A stretch of 63,552 bases of DNA, the filler included, from Octopus bimaculoides (Eukaryota), in the NCBI RefSeq assembly GCF_001194135.2. It is 4 parts of 3 records of this genome, joined end to end, with 100 filler letters (N's around TTAATTAATTAA, not from the genome) between each part and the next. Parts side by side here need not be neighbours in the genome. Positions count along the whole stretch, not along the records: positions 1 to 3,353 come from NC_068992.1; positions 3,454 to 31,117 come from NC_069007.1; 2 more parts are not named here. One strand, 5' to 3'. Shown piece by piece: positions 1 through 10,884 of the stretch. Every line of letters starts with the position of its first letter. Positions within the stretch are counted from its first letter, which is position 1. The notes beneath the pieces were generated by a model. The model was not told the DNA's origin. It saw only the letters and a program-made list of their open reading frames with translations, and ran no database searches. The position numbers and the translations under genes are program-made.

Positions 1-13
1 CTGTTTTAATAAT

Positions 14-420
14 CAGTTGATCTAGCAAGCGGGGCCTCATATCAGTGAGGGGGGCCGGTGCGCATTGATGCCGTCGAGAGGTAGGCCCCGAAACGGCGCG
101 CATTCTCTCCTGATGACCCCATACACTTGCTGGCTTCCGGTATGCGGAGTTCTTGACTGGTAGCACTTGCATGTGCAAGTTGTTTGCAAGACACAGAGGA
201 CAAAGTAAACGAACAATGTAAGATCATAGATTTTGCAATTCCCTATGACTGCAGAATCGATACCCAAGAAATTGAGAAAGCTGAGAAATATGAGGAAGTG
301 TCTTCTACTATAGAGTAACTACTGGATAGGGAATGCAGCTGCTATGGAATTAAAGTGTTGTAGAAATAAATAAAGGAAGATGATGGGGGAATATCTATAT
401 TCTACAGATTCCCTCTTGGT
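14..420 (+). mobile_element. Probable internally deleted R4/Dong-like non-LTR element: GC-rich structured leader joined to a restriction-like endonuclease (RLE) remnant
   Basis: 190-318 (+) translates DTEDKVNEQCKIIDFAIPYDCRIDTQEIEKAEKYEEV, matching the RLE pattern D..(C.IIDF.IP.D.RI...E.EK..KY) also seen at 61594-61959 in this window. Preceded by TAATAAT (7-13) and a GC-rich leader. Boundaries approximate. Confidence 0.65.
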
Positions 421-2738
421 TTGTAACTTTTCCCGTTCTTTTTACTACTTACACCAACTTCTAACCTCCCTCTACGAGTTGTTATTGGCAAAATTTTGAA
501 GTTACAGTCACTTTATTTTGTTTAATAAATTATTTACTCTCTACACATATATCAAGTCCTTTTCAGTAAATGTTATTAATTATTTGCAATAATTTGCTTA
601 AAACGCTAAACTTTTACTTAAAGCTCCTTTCTTCAAGTCGAACAATTTTTATAGTACAAATATACTTCAGGAATGCGGCCGTAGCATTACCATTTCTCTT
701 CTTAGAATGTTCCTCTACCTGCTTCAAATAATATCCCAATTACACTTCTACTGAAAACTACAAGTTTTGTGAAAAGTTTAAGACAGAAAACCTATTTTGA
801 TGAAAAATCTATCTGATGTTTCCTCTACTGATAATTTTGATGATAAATATTACCTGGAAATGTCTAAAAGTTCTTCAAATTTTCTTATTACATCCAGTTG
901 AAGACAATTTACTGTCTATAACGAAAAGGTATAAAGATAAATAAAATAAGCTACAAATTTCAAACTGTATTTAAAAAAAAGCCCAATGCTGCTACGAACA
1001 GTCACAATTTATTTATCGATTAAAATGAAACTAAAAACACATCAAGTCGACAAGAAAATACATCTCCGCCTCTTCTCTCTGTTTCTAACGCAGAGAAGAA
1101 AACGTACATTACTTCTCTCTATGACAAACCATTTTCCACAAAAAGAAATGGTTAGCAAATTAGAAATCGATGATAGAGCTGAAATTTTAATCATTTCAGA
1201 CACATTCTTTCATCAGTCTAATCAACCGCTCCACTCGACTTTTGTATAATTAGCAAATCTATATCAGGTAATTAGACTTTATATAACTAACATTACACAC
1301 ACACACACACACACACACAAACTATATATTACTAACAATATCTCGTAGTCTACCAGAAGACGACGAAAACTAGTGAACCTACAGCATAGGTTTCTTTAGT
1401 TCTAATATAATTCAACATTGGCCCACCAATAAACAGGAACGGAAAGGCTGTCATGTTGTCGAGTCTGATATTTGCAAATTCTATTTTTCCATGATGAAGC
1501 TATCTTCATGATGACATCAATTTGGGAAAAACCATTCATTTCTATAAGCTAACGTCAAATAGAAACTATCCTCAGTGATTGAAAGTGTCACCATTTTTAC
1601 AAAAAATATTTTGTGTATAGAAATGTTTTTGCAACTCTTCATTGTCACTATGCTATGCAAAAATTTCGTTGAAATTAATGATTAACAAGGGCATTTACAT
1701 TCTACATATTCTTAAAATGAAGTTCCTTTCCGCACCAAAATGTTATCTTCCAAAATAACGGATTACTACTTCAAAAAATATAAGCACAATCTCCAAAGTC
1801 TCCTTTAGCAAAAATTGCCGCCATTTTTATTAAAGATTTAGCATTTCAAATAACCGCAGAATAACGCCTCGTTTTGATCTTCTAAGGTGCAACACTTTTT
1901 CTAGACCTCGATGAATTTTGCCTCTATAAAGACCAAATGAAAGTTTAGTCTATATAAACAAGTTATTCACCAATATACATTATTCAAGAGATAATATCAT
2001 CCCTTTCTATATAACTTAGTGTCTCTTCTAGCGAAAGTAACTTCAATAATATTGTCTCCATTCTCGGCAAGACTCCGAAACGTAGCGATTTCACTGGTAT
2101 GATCAAATGCATAACTCCCTTTTATATTCATAATTATACAAAAATAACAGGTAACGAAAAATATCACGCGGTTCACTTCACCGTTCCCTTCATCATGCAT
2201 ATACATCATATAATGTATATTTGGTTAGAATTGAAACTCTTCTCTCATAACGATAAATGACAGAAAATACTCGACAGAAATACAATCAAATTTGCATACT
2301 TTACCATTAAGCTTTAGCTACTGTATGATGATGCATAAATTTTCTATATTTCAGCTTAATATCTCTTCTTCTATTTGTAACTGTACGGCAGAATTTTTTT
2401 GTTCTTTTTATGAATGACACCAACTCTTCTTCCTTATTCCATATTAGACTTAACGCTAACATCTTCAAAATAGATACTATCATCACAACTATACCTTCGG
2501 ACCCCTAAATGTTTTTTTAAAAATAAAAGCAAAAAATTTCTCTACGAGTTACTTCATAACATATATATTATGGGGTAAATATAAGAAAACTTCCTTCCAA
2601 ACGGCTTGTATCCTTCTGATTTCTTTAAAAAAGATTTCTAATATTTTCTTTATATAATAATTTTTAATATATGAAAATCTTCCTATATTGTGGTTGTAAC
2701 AAGAATTCTTTGCAAAACCTTTTATAAATATCTCTAAT

Positions 2739-3089
2739 GGTGCAGGCATGGCTGTGTGGTAAGAAGCCTTCATTGCAAACGGGTTTAACCCACTTTTTGG
2801 CACCTTGAGCAAGTGTCTGCTATTATATTCCAGGACCGACCAAAAACTTTGTGAGTGGATTTCGTGAATGGGAATTAAAAGAAGCCTCTCGTGTACATAC
2901 ACACGCACGCGCGCGCGCACGTATCTACGTGTGTTTGCGCTTGTTCCCAACCGGTGATTGATGATCGATCATAGCTTGTTTACGTCCTGTAACTCAGCTG
3001 TCCGGTAAAAAGAGGGCCGGTACAATTCAAGGTGATGCCCCAGCATAGCCGCAACAAGTAAATGACTGAAACAAGTAAAAAGTAAAAGT
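2739..3089 (+). mobile_element. tRNA-derived SINE, family B (head with CORE-like ACCTTGAGCAAGTGTC, internal microsatellite, GTAAAA-type tail), diverged
   Basis: GGTGCAGGCATGGCTGTGTGGTAAGAAG head and ...AATGACTGAAACAAGTAAAAAGTAAAAG tail; reverse-complement homologue of the copies at 4220-4636, 24875-25260 and 28168-28575. Confidence 0.8.
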
Positions 3090-3397
3090 ATGTATATAAA
3101 TGTATCATCTTTCTCTCTTTATATATACACAATAACCCGTCGCCAAATCGAAGTTGACCTATCGTGGTTCACCTCTCGCGGTTTATTATTTAAACTTACG
3201 CCGATTTCTCCGTGGTGTTCTTTTGCATTTATAATAAAATAAATATATACAAATTATAAAAATAATAATAAAAAAAAATTCAGTACAGTCCCATTTCTAC
3301 TTCGCGGACTATCGCAGTGGGATTTAGAACGTAACACCCGTGACAGTCAAGGGNNNNNNNNNNNNNNNNNNNNNNNNNNNNNNNNNNNNNNNNNNNN

Positions 3398-3409
3398 TTA
3401 ATTAATTAA
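3398..3409. other. Assembly spacer TTAATTAATTAA inside an N gap (same at 31162-31173 and 55760-55771)
   Basis: Identical 12-mer with stop codons in all six frames, embedded in the middle of three separate N runs. Confidence 0.9.
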
Positions 3410-3453
3410 NNNNNNNNNNNNNNNNNNNNNNNNNNNNNNNNNNNNNNNNNNNN

Positions 3454-3686
3454 GGCGAACCCTGCTGTACTCTTCCACCACAACTTTCTCTCACTCTTAC
3501 TTCCTGTTTCTGTTGTGCCTGTAATTCAAAGGGTCAGCCTTGTCACACTGTGTCACGCTGAATCTCCCCGAGAACTACGTTAAGGGTACACGTGTCTGTG
3601 GAGTGCTCAGCCACTTGAAGGCTGTTCCGTTGATCGAATCAACTGCAACCCTTGACGTCGTAAGCGACGGAGTGCCAACAACAACT
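3454..3686 (+). mobile_element. tRNA-derived SINE, family C (OR-like), 3' part with (CAA)n tail
   Basis: Reverse complement of the body of the 35057-35520 copy; ends GACGGAGTGCC followed by AACAACAAC. Confidence 0.8.
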
Positions 3687-3833
3687 TACAGTTCATGATG
3701 CTACTGAAACGTGTAAGGGAAATAACTCTTTAGTAACCGAATATGTAAGGGAGAGCACTCTAAATGTTTTTTTGTTTTTTTTTTAATCTATATATTAAAC
3801 TTTAAAACTATGTTACTATAAGTTCATCTACAA

Positions 3834-4165
3834 TAGCCATAAGGCCTGAAATTTTGCGGGAGAGGGCTAATCGATTTCACCAATTTCGAAAGGGTGAAAG
3901 ACAAAGTCGATCTCCACGGAATTTGAGCTCAGAACATAAAAGCAGACGGTATACCACTAAGCATTGTGTCTTGTGGGCCAACGATTTTGCCAGCTAGCAG
4001 CGTTACCAATACTGCTAATAATTGTTTCAGCTATAGGCAGAAGAGATGAAATTTTGCGAGCGGAGTCATGTCAATTATACTGATCCCATACTCAACTGGT
4101 ACCTATTTTACTGACCCCGAAAGGATGAAAGGTAACATCAGCCTCAGCGGAATTTTAACTCAGAG
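3834..4165 (-). mobile_element. Two diverged family A SINE copies in tandem
   Basis: Each shows the CACAAGGCC-like/GAAATTTTG...GAAAGG(G/A)TGAAAG...GGAATTT(G/T)AACTCAG motif shared by more than 10 copies in the window. Confidence 0.7.
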
Positions 4166-4219
4166 CAGAATTCTAATATAAGCTCTCCAAATAACCCCTT
4201 ATAACTTACTTTCTCTCTC

Positions 4220-4636
4220 TCTTTTACTCTTTTATTTGTTTCAGTGATTTGACAGCGGCCATGCTGGAGCACGGCCTTTAGTCGAGCAAATCGACCCCGG
4301 GACTTATTCTTTGTAAGCCTAGTACTTATTCTATCGGTCTCTTTTGCCAAACCGCTAAGTTACGGGGACGTAAACACACCAGCATCGGTTGTCAAGCAAT
4401 GCTAGGGGGACAAACACAGACACACAAATACACACACATATACATATATATATATATATATATACATATATACGAAAGGCTTCTTTCAGTTTCCGTCTAC
4501 CAAATCCACTCACAAGGCTTTGGTCGGCCCGAGGCTATAGCAGAAGACACTTGCCCAAGGTGCCACGCAGTGGGACTGAATCCGGAACCATGTGGTTGGT
4601 AAGCAAGCTACTTAACACACAGCCACTCCTGCGCCT
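4220..4636 (-). mobile_element. Near full-length family B SINE with internal (TA)n/(CA)n
   Basis: Head AGGCGCAGGAGTGGCTGTGTG...TCAGTCCCACTGCGTGGCACCTTGGGCAAGTGTC on minus; highly similar to 24875-25260 and 28168-28575. Confidence 0.9.
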
Positions 4637-6045
4637 GGAATTTTCAGAAAAGTGTTTCGAATTTGTGTTGTATACACAAGAATTCATACGATTATACTAA
4701 AAAAGAATTTTTTTTTTAATTTCTAACTCCCTTTCCCAATAAATCTTTAAATATTTTCAATCTTTTTCAATTTTTTTTATTTTAAATCTGAGTTTAAAAT
4801 AAAGACAGTTTGAAGTTTTTGCTTAAATCCCAGCAATGGACCACCATTGGGTGCTTCACCGTTCCATGTAATGTGCTTATGGGGAGAAAAATATTGAAAA
4901 ACATCGATATATGTCAGAGTGACCAAGAAACAAGGAAGGTATCACATAGTCGTGAGATGTGCTAAAAATTACAACTAAATCCCCCTTAAATATCACACCC
5001 ACAATTCTTTTTTTTCTTTTTTTTGCATAATCGTATGAATTCCCACGTGTAAAAAACAAATTCGAAAAGCTTTTTGTGAAAATTCAAAAAAAGTTAAAAT
5101 ATTAGGAGTGTTTATATCATCATCATCATCGTCGTCGTCATCATCATTATTATCATTATCGTCATTTAACGTCCGCTTTCCATGCTGGCATGGGTTGGAC
5201 AGTTTGAAGTCAGTGCATGTGCAGATTTGTATGTTTCGTTTTATGTGCGTATTCTCATACATATAGATGCCTCTTTAGACATGTGCATATATAATTAAAT
5301 GATAAACTTTTGGAATGTTTTACAGATTTTGACAGTTCCATTAATGGTTTGTATGTCATCTTTCTTTCTGGTTTTGAGAAGTTTAGTTTCTCAAGATTGG
5401 TGCCAAGGCAGTTTGTTACATACCCTAACTTGTAATCCAGGTATGTAAGTATGGACGGATAGATGGATGGATGTCTGAATGAATGGATGGATGAATGGAT
5501 GGGTGGATGAATGGGTGAATGGATGGATGGATGGATGGATGCCTAAATGGCAATGATCATGATAGTATCAATGATGAATTTTGTGATGATGATGACAATA
5601 TTGATGATGACAATGCTGATGATGATGTTAAAAATTCTAATTACTTTCCTTATGATCTCAGTTCTCCAGCTAACTGTAGACAAGTCACTGAAAAGGTTTA
5701 ATAAGATAGAAACATGTTTGAACTATTGGCCATACTACAGAAGATAAAAGCATGCATTCAGCCCCTACCATTCTCTCTAGCTGACTAAACAATGAAATAA
5801 ATCATTAAAAAAACTTAGAAAGGATAGAAACATAGATATGAATGACAAATGAGTATCTAATTTATTTATTCAATTAAAATATCATTTTAGTTTATCATCA
5901 AATAGTAAACACAAATATGTTAAAAAATATAACATAATACAAATCATTCTTAATCAGACATCATAATATCACAAAAAACAAAACATTTCATATGAATAAT
6001 AATAATGATGACAATAATAATAATAATAATAATAATAATAATTAT

Positions 6046-6603
6046 AAATGTCCGGATGCAGTACCAGGCAGTGGCTCTCATGGCTTCTGATCTTAATTGA
6101 TTGGAAGTGTTATCATGTACATTGTTTTGTCTTGGTATAAAAGATGAGCTACAGCAAATATTCTGCTCAATACCACGGATTTGCTTGTCAGTTGTTTGAC
6201 CTTAACCAGTTGAGCATGTCCCTTGGTGGCTGACGATATGTGCATCTCTGATCATGAGCAGAAGTAGTGGGGGAGCATCATAGCCATGTGTTGAGAGGAG
6301 TTCTTTGGGGTTTGAATAATTCACCTTTGGAAACAGGAGTGTTTTGCTCAACATCCTTAAACAACCCTTATTCAGGGACCTTTTGAGCAGGATGGGCTAC
6401 TCGACCTGAAGAAAATTCTAGCTGGGCCCCACCTGCAAGGTCATGCGCTGTTTATTTTGATATGAGATCACCATGTTGTGAACATATGGTTGTGATGCAT
6501 ATGCCTAGTGTACCCTTATCAGATGGGTAATCATGGTGGGTATAATGGGCTTCGTACATTTTACCCCAGTGTCACTTTGATGGCATGCACTGCTCTCTCA
6601 CTC
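6046..6603. mobile_element. ~560 bp non-coding interspersed element embedded in (AAT)n on both sides
   Basis: Flanked by (AAT)n at ~5995-6042 and 6604-6632; partial diverged copy at ~28745-28915; no convincing ORF. Confidence 0.7.
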
Positions 6604-7277
6604 AATAATAATAATAATAATAATAATAATAATTATGATGATGATGATGATGATGATAATAATAAGTTTGGTACAAGGCCAGCAAATTTAGGGGAAGGCT
6701 AAGTCGATTACAATGGTACAAAGGGAGATACTACCACATTAAGGGATATAATAGAGGATATAATCGAAACCGCGATCCTATGACCGCAAGTCCGCTGCCC
6801 TAACCACTGGGCCATTGCACCTCCACATGTTCAATTTTTGAAAAGTAACCCTTTCCATTCTTTTTCCTTTTAGCTGCCATCTGCCATTGTTCATATTTTA
6901 TAAACAAATGTTTCAATGGAGCAGATGATGATTACATTAATGCACGTTGCATTAAATGAAAGGAATTTTAAAAACTAAAAATATATAAACAAACTACACT
7001 GTTTGCAGTGGAACCACCAACAAGGCTCAGAATTATTTACCAACAGAGAATTCTTTTATCTTTTTACTTATTTCAGTCATTTGACTGCAGCCATGCTGGA
7101 GCACCACCTTTTAATCAAAGAAATTGACCCCAGAACTTATTCTTTGTAAGCCTGGTACTTATTCTGTCGATTTCTTTTGCCGAACAGCTAAGTTACAGGG
7201 AAGTAAATACACCAACATTGGTTGTCAAGCGATGGAGGGAAGACAAACACAAAGACACAAACGTGTTTGTGTGTGTT

Positions 7278-7987
7278 TCATCATCATCATCATCGTTTAA
7301 TGTTCGCTTTCCATGCTGGCATGGGTTGAACGATTTGACTGAGGACTGGTGAAACCAGATGGCTACACCAGGCTCCAGTCTGATCTGGCAGAGTTTCTAC
7401 AGCTGGACGCCCTTCCTAATGCCAACCACTCCAAGAGTGTAGTGGGTGCTTTTACGTGCCACCGGCACGAGGGCTAGTCAGGCAGTACTGGCAACGGCCA
7501 TGCTCAAAAAGGTGTTTTTTACGTGCCACCTGCACGGGAGCCAGACAGCTGCTCTGGCAATGAACACGCCTGACAGTGCTGTTAGTGCCCCACTGGCGCA
7601 GGTGCTCGTCATCGAGTATGGTTAGTATATATATATATCATCATCAACATCATCGCCGTTTAACGTCCGCTTTCCATGCTAGCATGGGTTGGACGATTTG
7701 ACTGAGGACTGGTGAAACCGGATGGCAACACCAGGCTCCAGTCTAATTTGGCAGAGTTTCTACAGCTGGATGCCCTTCCTAACGCCAACCACTCAGAGAG
7801 TGTAGTGGGTGCTTTTACGTGTCACCCGCACGAAAACGGCCACGCTCGAAATGGTGTCTTTTATGTGCCACCCGCACAAGCCAGTCCAGGGGCACTGGCA
7901 ACGATCTCACTCGAAAATCCTACGGGAGCCAGTCAGGCGGTACTGGCAACGGCCACGCTCAAAATGGTGCATCTCATGTGCCACCCG

Positions 7988-7990
<3 letters not shown>
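7278..7990 (-). mobile_element. Two adjacent 5'-truncated RTE-LINE 3'-end copies with (ATG)n tails
   Basis: (CAT)n followed by CGTTTAACGTCCGCTTTCCATGCT..GCATGGGTTG; internal repeat GCCAGTC..G.ACTGGCAACG..CACGCTC.AAA also lies in the 3' region of the RTE fragment at 22444-22700. Other copies at ~5117-5215, 11250-11370, 12734-12890, 24370-24730 and 25930-26340. Confidence 0.75.
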
Positions 7991-8033
<43 letters not shown>

Positions 8034-9354
8034 CACAATGGTCTTCTTTCAGTCTCTGTCTACCAAATCGATTCACAAGGCTTTGGTCAGCCCAAGGCTA
8101 TAGTGGAAGAGACTTGCCAAGGTGCCACACAGTGGTACTGAATCCTGAACCATGTGCTTAGGAAGCAGGCTTCCTACCACACTGCCATACCTGTGCCTAT
8201 AGCGTATAGAATATTTACATTTCTTTTCATTTCACTTCCCTTTAGTGCATTAGCTCTTCGCATATCTATTAATATATCTCTCCATTTGCATAACTTTTGA
8301 TATATTGCTAGGCTGACCTACCTACCTGCTTGCTTACCTGACCATCTCTCAGTCTAAGTAATTATCATACCTACTCTCCCTTTGCCAATTTGTTAACTTT
8401 CACAAAACGGATAAGCATTTGAATTTAAAAACAAACAGAAACGAAACATGAATTGTTGCCATGGCTACAGGTTTTGACCTGGAATACATAAAAGATAGAA
8501 ATGTAACATCCACAGCTATTTAATGAGTTAGTTTCACTTTAATTCAACTACCTATCAATATATCTTTTAACCCCATAGCATTTGAACCAGCCATATTCAG
8601 CCTAAATACTCTCCAGTAGTTTTATGTTCAGAGTGGCCAGCTCCAACCTCTTACACCTACCCTACAATGTTACTCAAAAAAAATATACAATCGCATCATC
8701 GAAATTCAAAACAAAGTGAAAAATGTTACATTTGACAAAGTAAGCAGAATGCTAAAAGTATAATAAAGTGGAAGTTAAACATTTTGTTCATGTCTGCATT
8801 TTTTAACAGACAAATACAGAATAATATAGACCTCCTACCCACCCCCTTCAAATAATAGACTGTCTCTCTCTCTTGCATATCTTTTCTCTGATTCAACTAT
8901 CCCCTTTTCATTCTTTCTCCCTGCTACCAAGTTTTCCTGCTTAATACCCCACCCTACATTATTTTTAGTTTTTCCTTTGTTTTCTTGGTGAGGTTGTAAT
9001 GTTTTTTTTTTTGTTCCATAATTTGATCTTTTATACTTTTAATGATTGTTTCCCTTTTTTTTCCTCCTGTAAAAATGTGTTGTTAATAAAATACTTTTTA
9101 AGTGTTGAAGTATGAAGTATGAGGCGGGGGTGCTGAAGAGTTCCTGGCTCTGGACAAAAGAAAATACAAATAATTATGATTTTCATCAACATATCCCTCT
9201 CTCAGATTCGCACACCTATTGCAGAAGTCCTTCAGTTTTTCTAAGCCCTGTAAAAGAACTCAGACGTTTGGGATTCAACCAGGCCTTTTGCAATACTCTT
9301 AAAGCCAGGAACTTTATAGCACCCCCTCGTAAATATAGTTAGAAAATAAAGGTT

Positions 9355-9570
9355 TCAAATTTTAGCACAAGGCCAGTGAGTTAGTGGGGTGGGGAATAAG
9401 TCGATCACATCGACCCTACTGCTCAACTGGTAATTATTTTATCAATATTGAAAGGAGTGAAAGGCAAAGTCGACCTCGGTGGGATTTGAACTCAGAATGT
9501 AAAGATGGACAAAATACTGCTAAACATTTTGTTCAGTGTGCTAACAATTCTGCCAGCTCACCACCTTCGT
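9355..9570 (-). mobile_element. Family A SINE
   Basis: GGTTTCAAATTTTAGCACAAGGCC...GGCAAAGTCGACCTCGGTGGGATTTGAACTCAG...GCCAGCTCACCACC; homologous to the plus-strand copy at 44547-44766. Confidence 0.85.
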
Positions 9571-9571
9571 G

Positions 9572-9605
<34 letters not shown>

Positions 9606-9619
9606 TAATAATAATAATA

Positions 9620-9993
9620 AAAAGTACGAAGATATGAACGTACAAAACAATCTGACAACAGAAATAAACGAACCGGTACCCTACGAAAACGATGACCGTC
9701 AAAATAAAGGGCCAGACATTGTTCCTCATGTCCCGCAAACAAAACCAAAACCGCATAAATGGACACGTGAGGAACATATTTCGATCCTACACGCCTATTT
9801 CACAGCAGTGCTCTACCCAAAAAACGAAAACGCAACAACACATACATATAAAATATGGAAGACAAATATATATAACATACAGAAAATTGCACTACTGGGT
9901 ACTGCACACATTCTACGCAAAACACTTTCAATACAGTAAACATAAGAGCACCACAGCAAACCACAGCACATACCCAAGGCGCACAGAGCTGCG
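9620..9993 (+). mobile_element. Internally deleted R4/Dong element: N-terminal ORF segment fused in frame to the C-terminal ORF end plus 3' UTR
   Basis: ORF 9505-9939 contains KWTREEHISILHAYF...HTYKIWK (R4/Dong N-terminal-type motif) joined to NIYNIQKIALLGTAHILRKTLSIQ*. 9862-9993 is homologous to 19323-19455. (AAT)n on both sides. Confidence 0.8.
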
Positions 9994-10005
9994 AATAATA
10001 ATAAT

Positions 10006-10190
10006 GGTTTCAAATTTCGCCACAAGGGCAGCAATTTTGGAGGAGGAGGCTAGTCAATTATATCAACTCGTTTCACTGGTACTTAATTTACTGACCCCGA
10101 AAGGAAGAAAGGCAAAGTCGACCTCAGCGGAATTTGAACTCAGAACATTGTGATGCATGCTAAGCATATCGTCCAGCATGCCACCTTAAT
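10006..10190 (-). mobile_element. Family A SINE; its (AAT)n tail hosts the Dong derivative at 9620-9993
   Basis: AATAATAAT followed by GGTTTCAAATTTCGCCACAAGG...GGCAAAGTCGACCTCAGCGGAATTTGAACTCAG. Confidence 0.8.
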
Positions 10191-10222
10191 AATAATAATA
10201 ACAACCCTAACCCTAACTCTAG

Positions 10223-10315
10223 CACTTTCAATACAGTAACCATAGCACATACCCAAGGCGCACAGAGCTGCGCTCGGTTGTGAAGTGAAAACACGTTATA
10301 AAGACAAGACTACTG
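10223..10315 (+). mobile_element. Extreme 3' end of a Dong/R4 element
   Basis: CACTTTCAATACAGTAACCATAGCACATACCCAAGGCGCACAGAGCTGCGCTCGG..TGAAGTGAAA...ACTACTG then (AAT)n; matches 19386-19498 apart from a short internal deletion. Confidence 0.85.
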
Positions 10316-10339
10316 AATAATAATAATAATGATAATAAT

Positions 10340-10555
10340 CCTTTCTACTAAAGGCACAAGGCCTGAAATTTGTGGTAAAAGGACTAGTTGATTACACTGA
10401 CCCCAGTGCATAACTGGTACTTAATTTATCGAACCCGAAAGGATGAAAGGCAAAGTCGACCTCAGTGGAATTTGAACTCAGAATGTAAGTACAGACAAAA
10501 CGCCATGAAGCATTTTGCCCAGTGTGCTAATGATTCTGCCAGTTCACCACCTTAT
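10340..10555 (-). mobile_element. Family A SINE
   Basis: CCTTTCTACTAAAGGCACAAGGCCTGAAATTT...GGCAAAGTCGACCTCAGTGGAATTTGAACTCAG. Confidence 0.85.
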
Positions 10556-10647
10556 ATAATTTGAATTCAGAACACAAAGACAGGCAAAATGCCGCTATGC
10601 ATTTTACCACCTTACATGTATGTATATATATATATATATATATATAT

Positions 10648-10884
10648 AAACAAAAGTTCCTTTAATTCCTACATATGTTTCAAAATATATCTGCACTTTA
10701 CTCCAAACAAGTAAGAGGTGCTGGAATTGCACATATATTCATTGTCATTTCGCATTTGTCTTGCTTCTGTATGTTGGTTCCCTGATGATGAATATATGTG
10801 CAATTCCAGCACCTCTTACTCGTTTCGAGTAGAGTGCACATATATTTTGAAACATATGTAGGAATTAAAGGAACTTATTGTTTA
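10648..10884. repeat. ~95 bp inverted repeat (10648-10742 vs 10788-10884) with ~45 bp spacer; PLE pLTR-like
   Basis: AAAAGTTCCTTTAATTCCTACATATGTTTCAAAATATAT...CACATATATTCA is the reverse complement, with a few mismatches, of TGAATATATGTG...GAAACATATGTAGGAATTAAAGGAACTT. Confidence 0.9.
10775..10867 (+). ncRNA. Type I hammerhead ribozyme motif (palindromic stem III, long stem II)
   Basis: Stem I TGGTTCC(10775-81)/GGAATTA(10861-67); CTGATGA 10782-88; stem II AATATATGTGCA/TGCACATATATT; GAAA 10849-52; stem III ACATATGT; predicted cleavage after GTA at 10860. Confidence 0.7.

Noticed and set aside
31-120. Canonical HDV-like ribozyme (P1 31-37/83-89, P3 70-72/80-82, possible P1.1 74-75/90-91)
   Set aside because: L3 reads GUCGAGA rather than UYCNCGY, and no P2', P4 or C-containing J4/2 could be found downstream; kept only as an unexplained structure.
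660-1270. Possible small plus-strand exons (e.g. 898-928, 1096-1150, 1200-1268)
   Set aside because: No phase-consistent chain gives a recognisable protein, and AT-rich DNA yields such sites by chance.
5390-5750. Candidate plus-strand exons DWCQGSLLHTLTCNP / VLQLTVDKSLKRFNKIETCLNYWPYYRR*
   Set aside because: Phase-compatible but short, with no domain recognised and no independent support.
6763-6824. tRNA-like sequence on minus
   Set aside because: Matches the head of the family C SINE (35450-35520) and lacks a complete acceptor stem, so it is not a tRNA gene.
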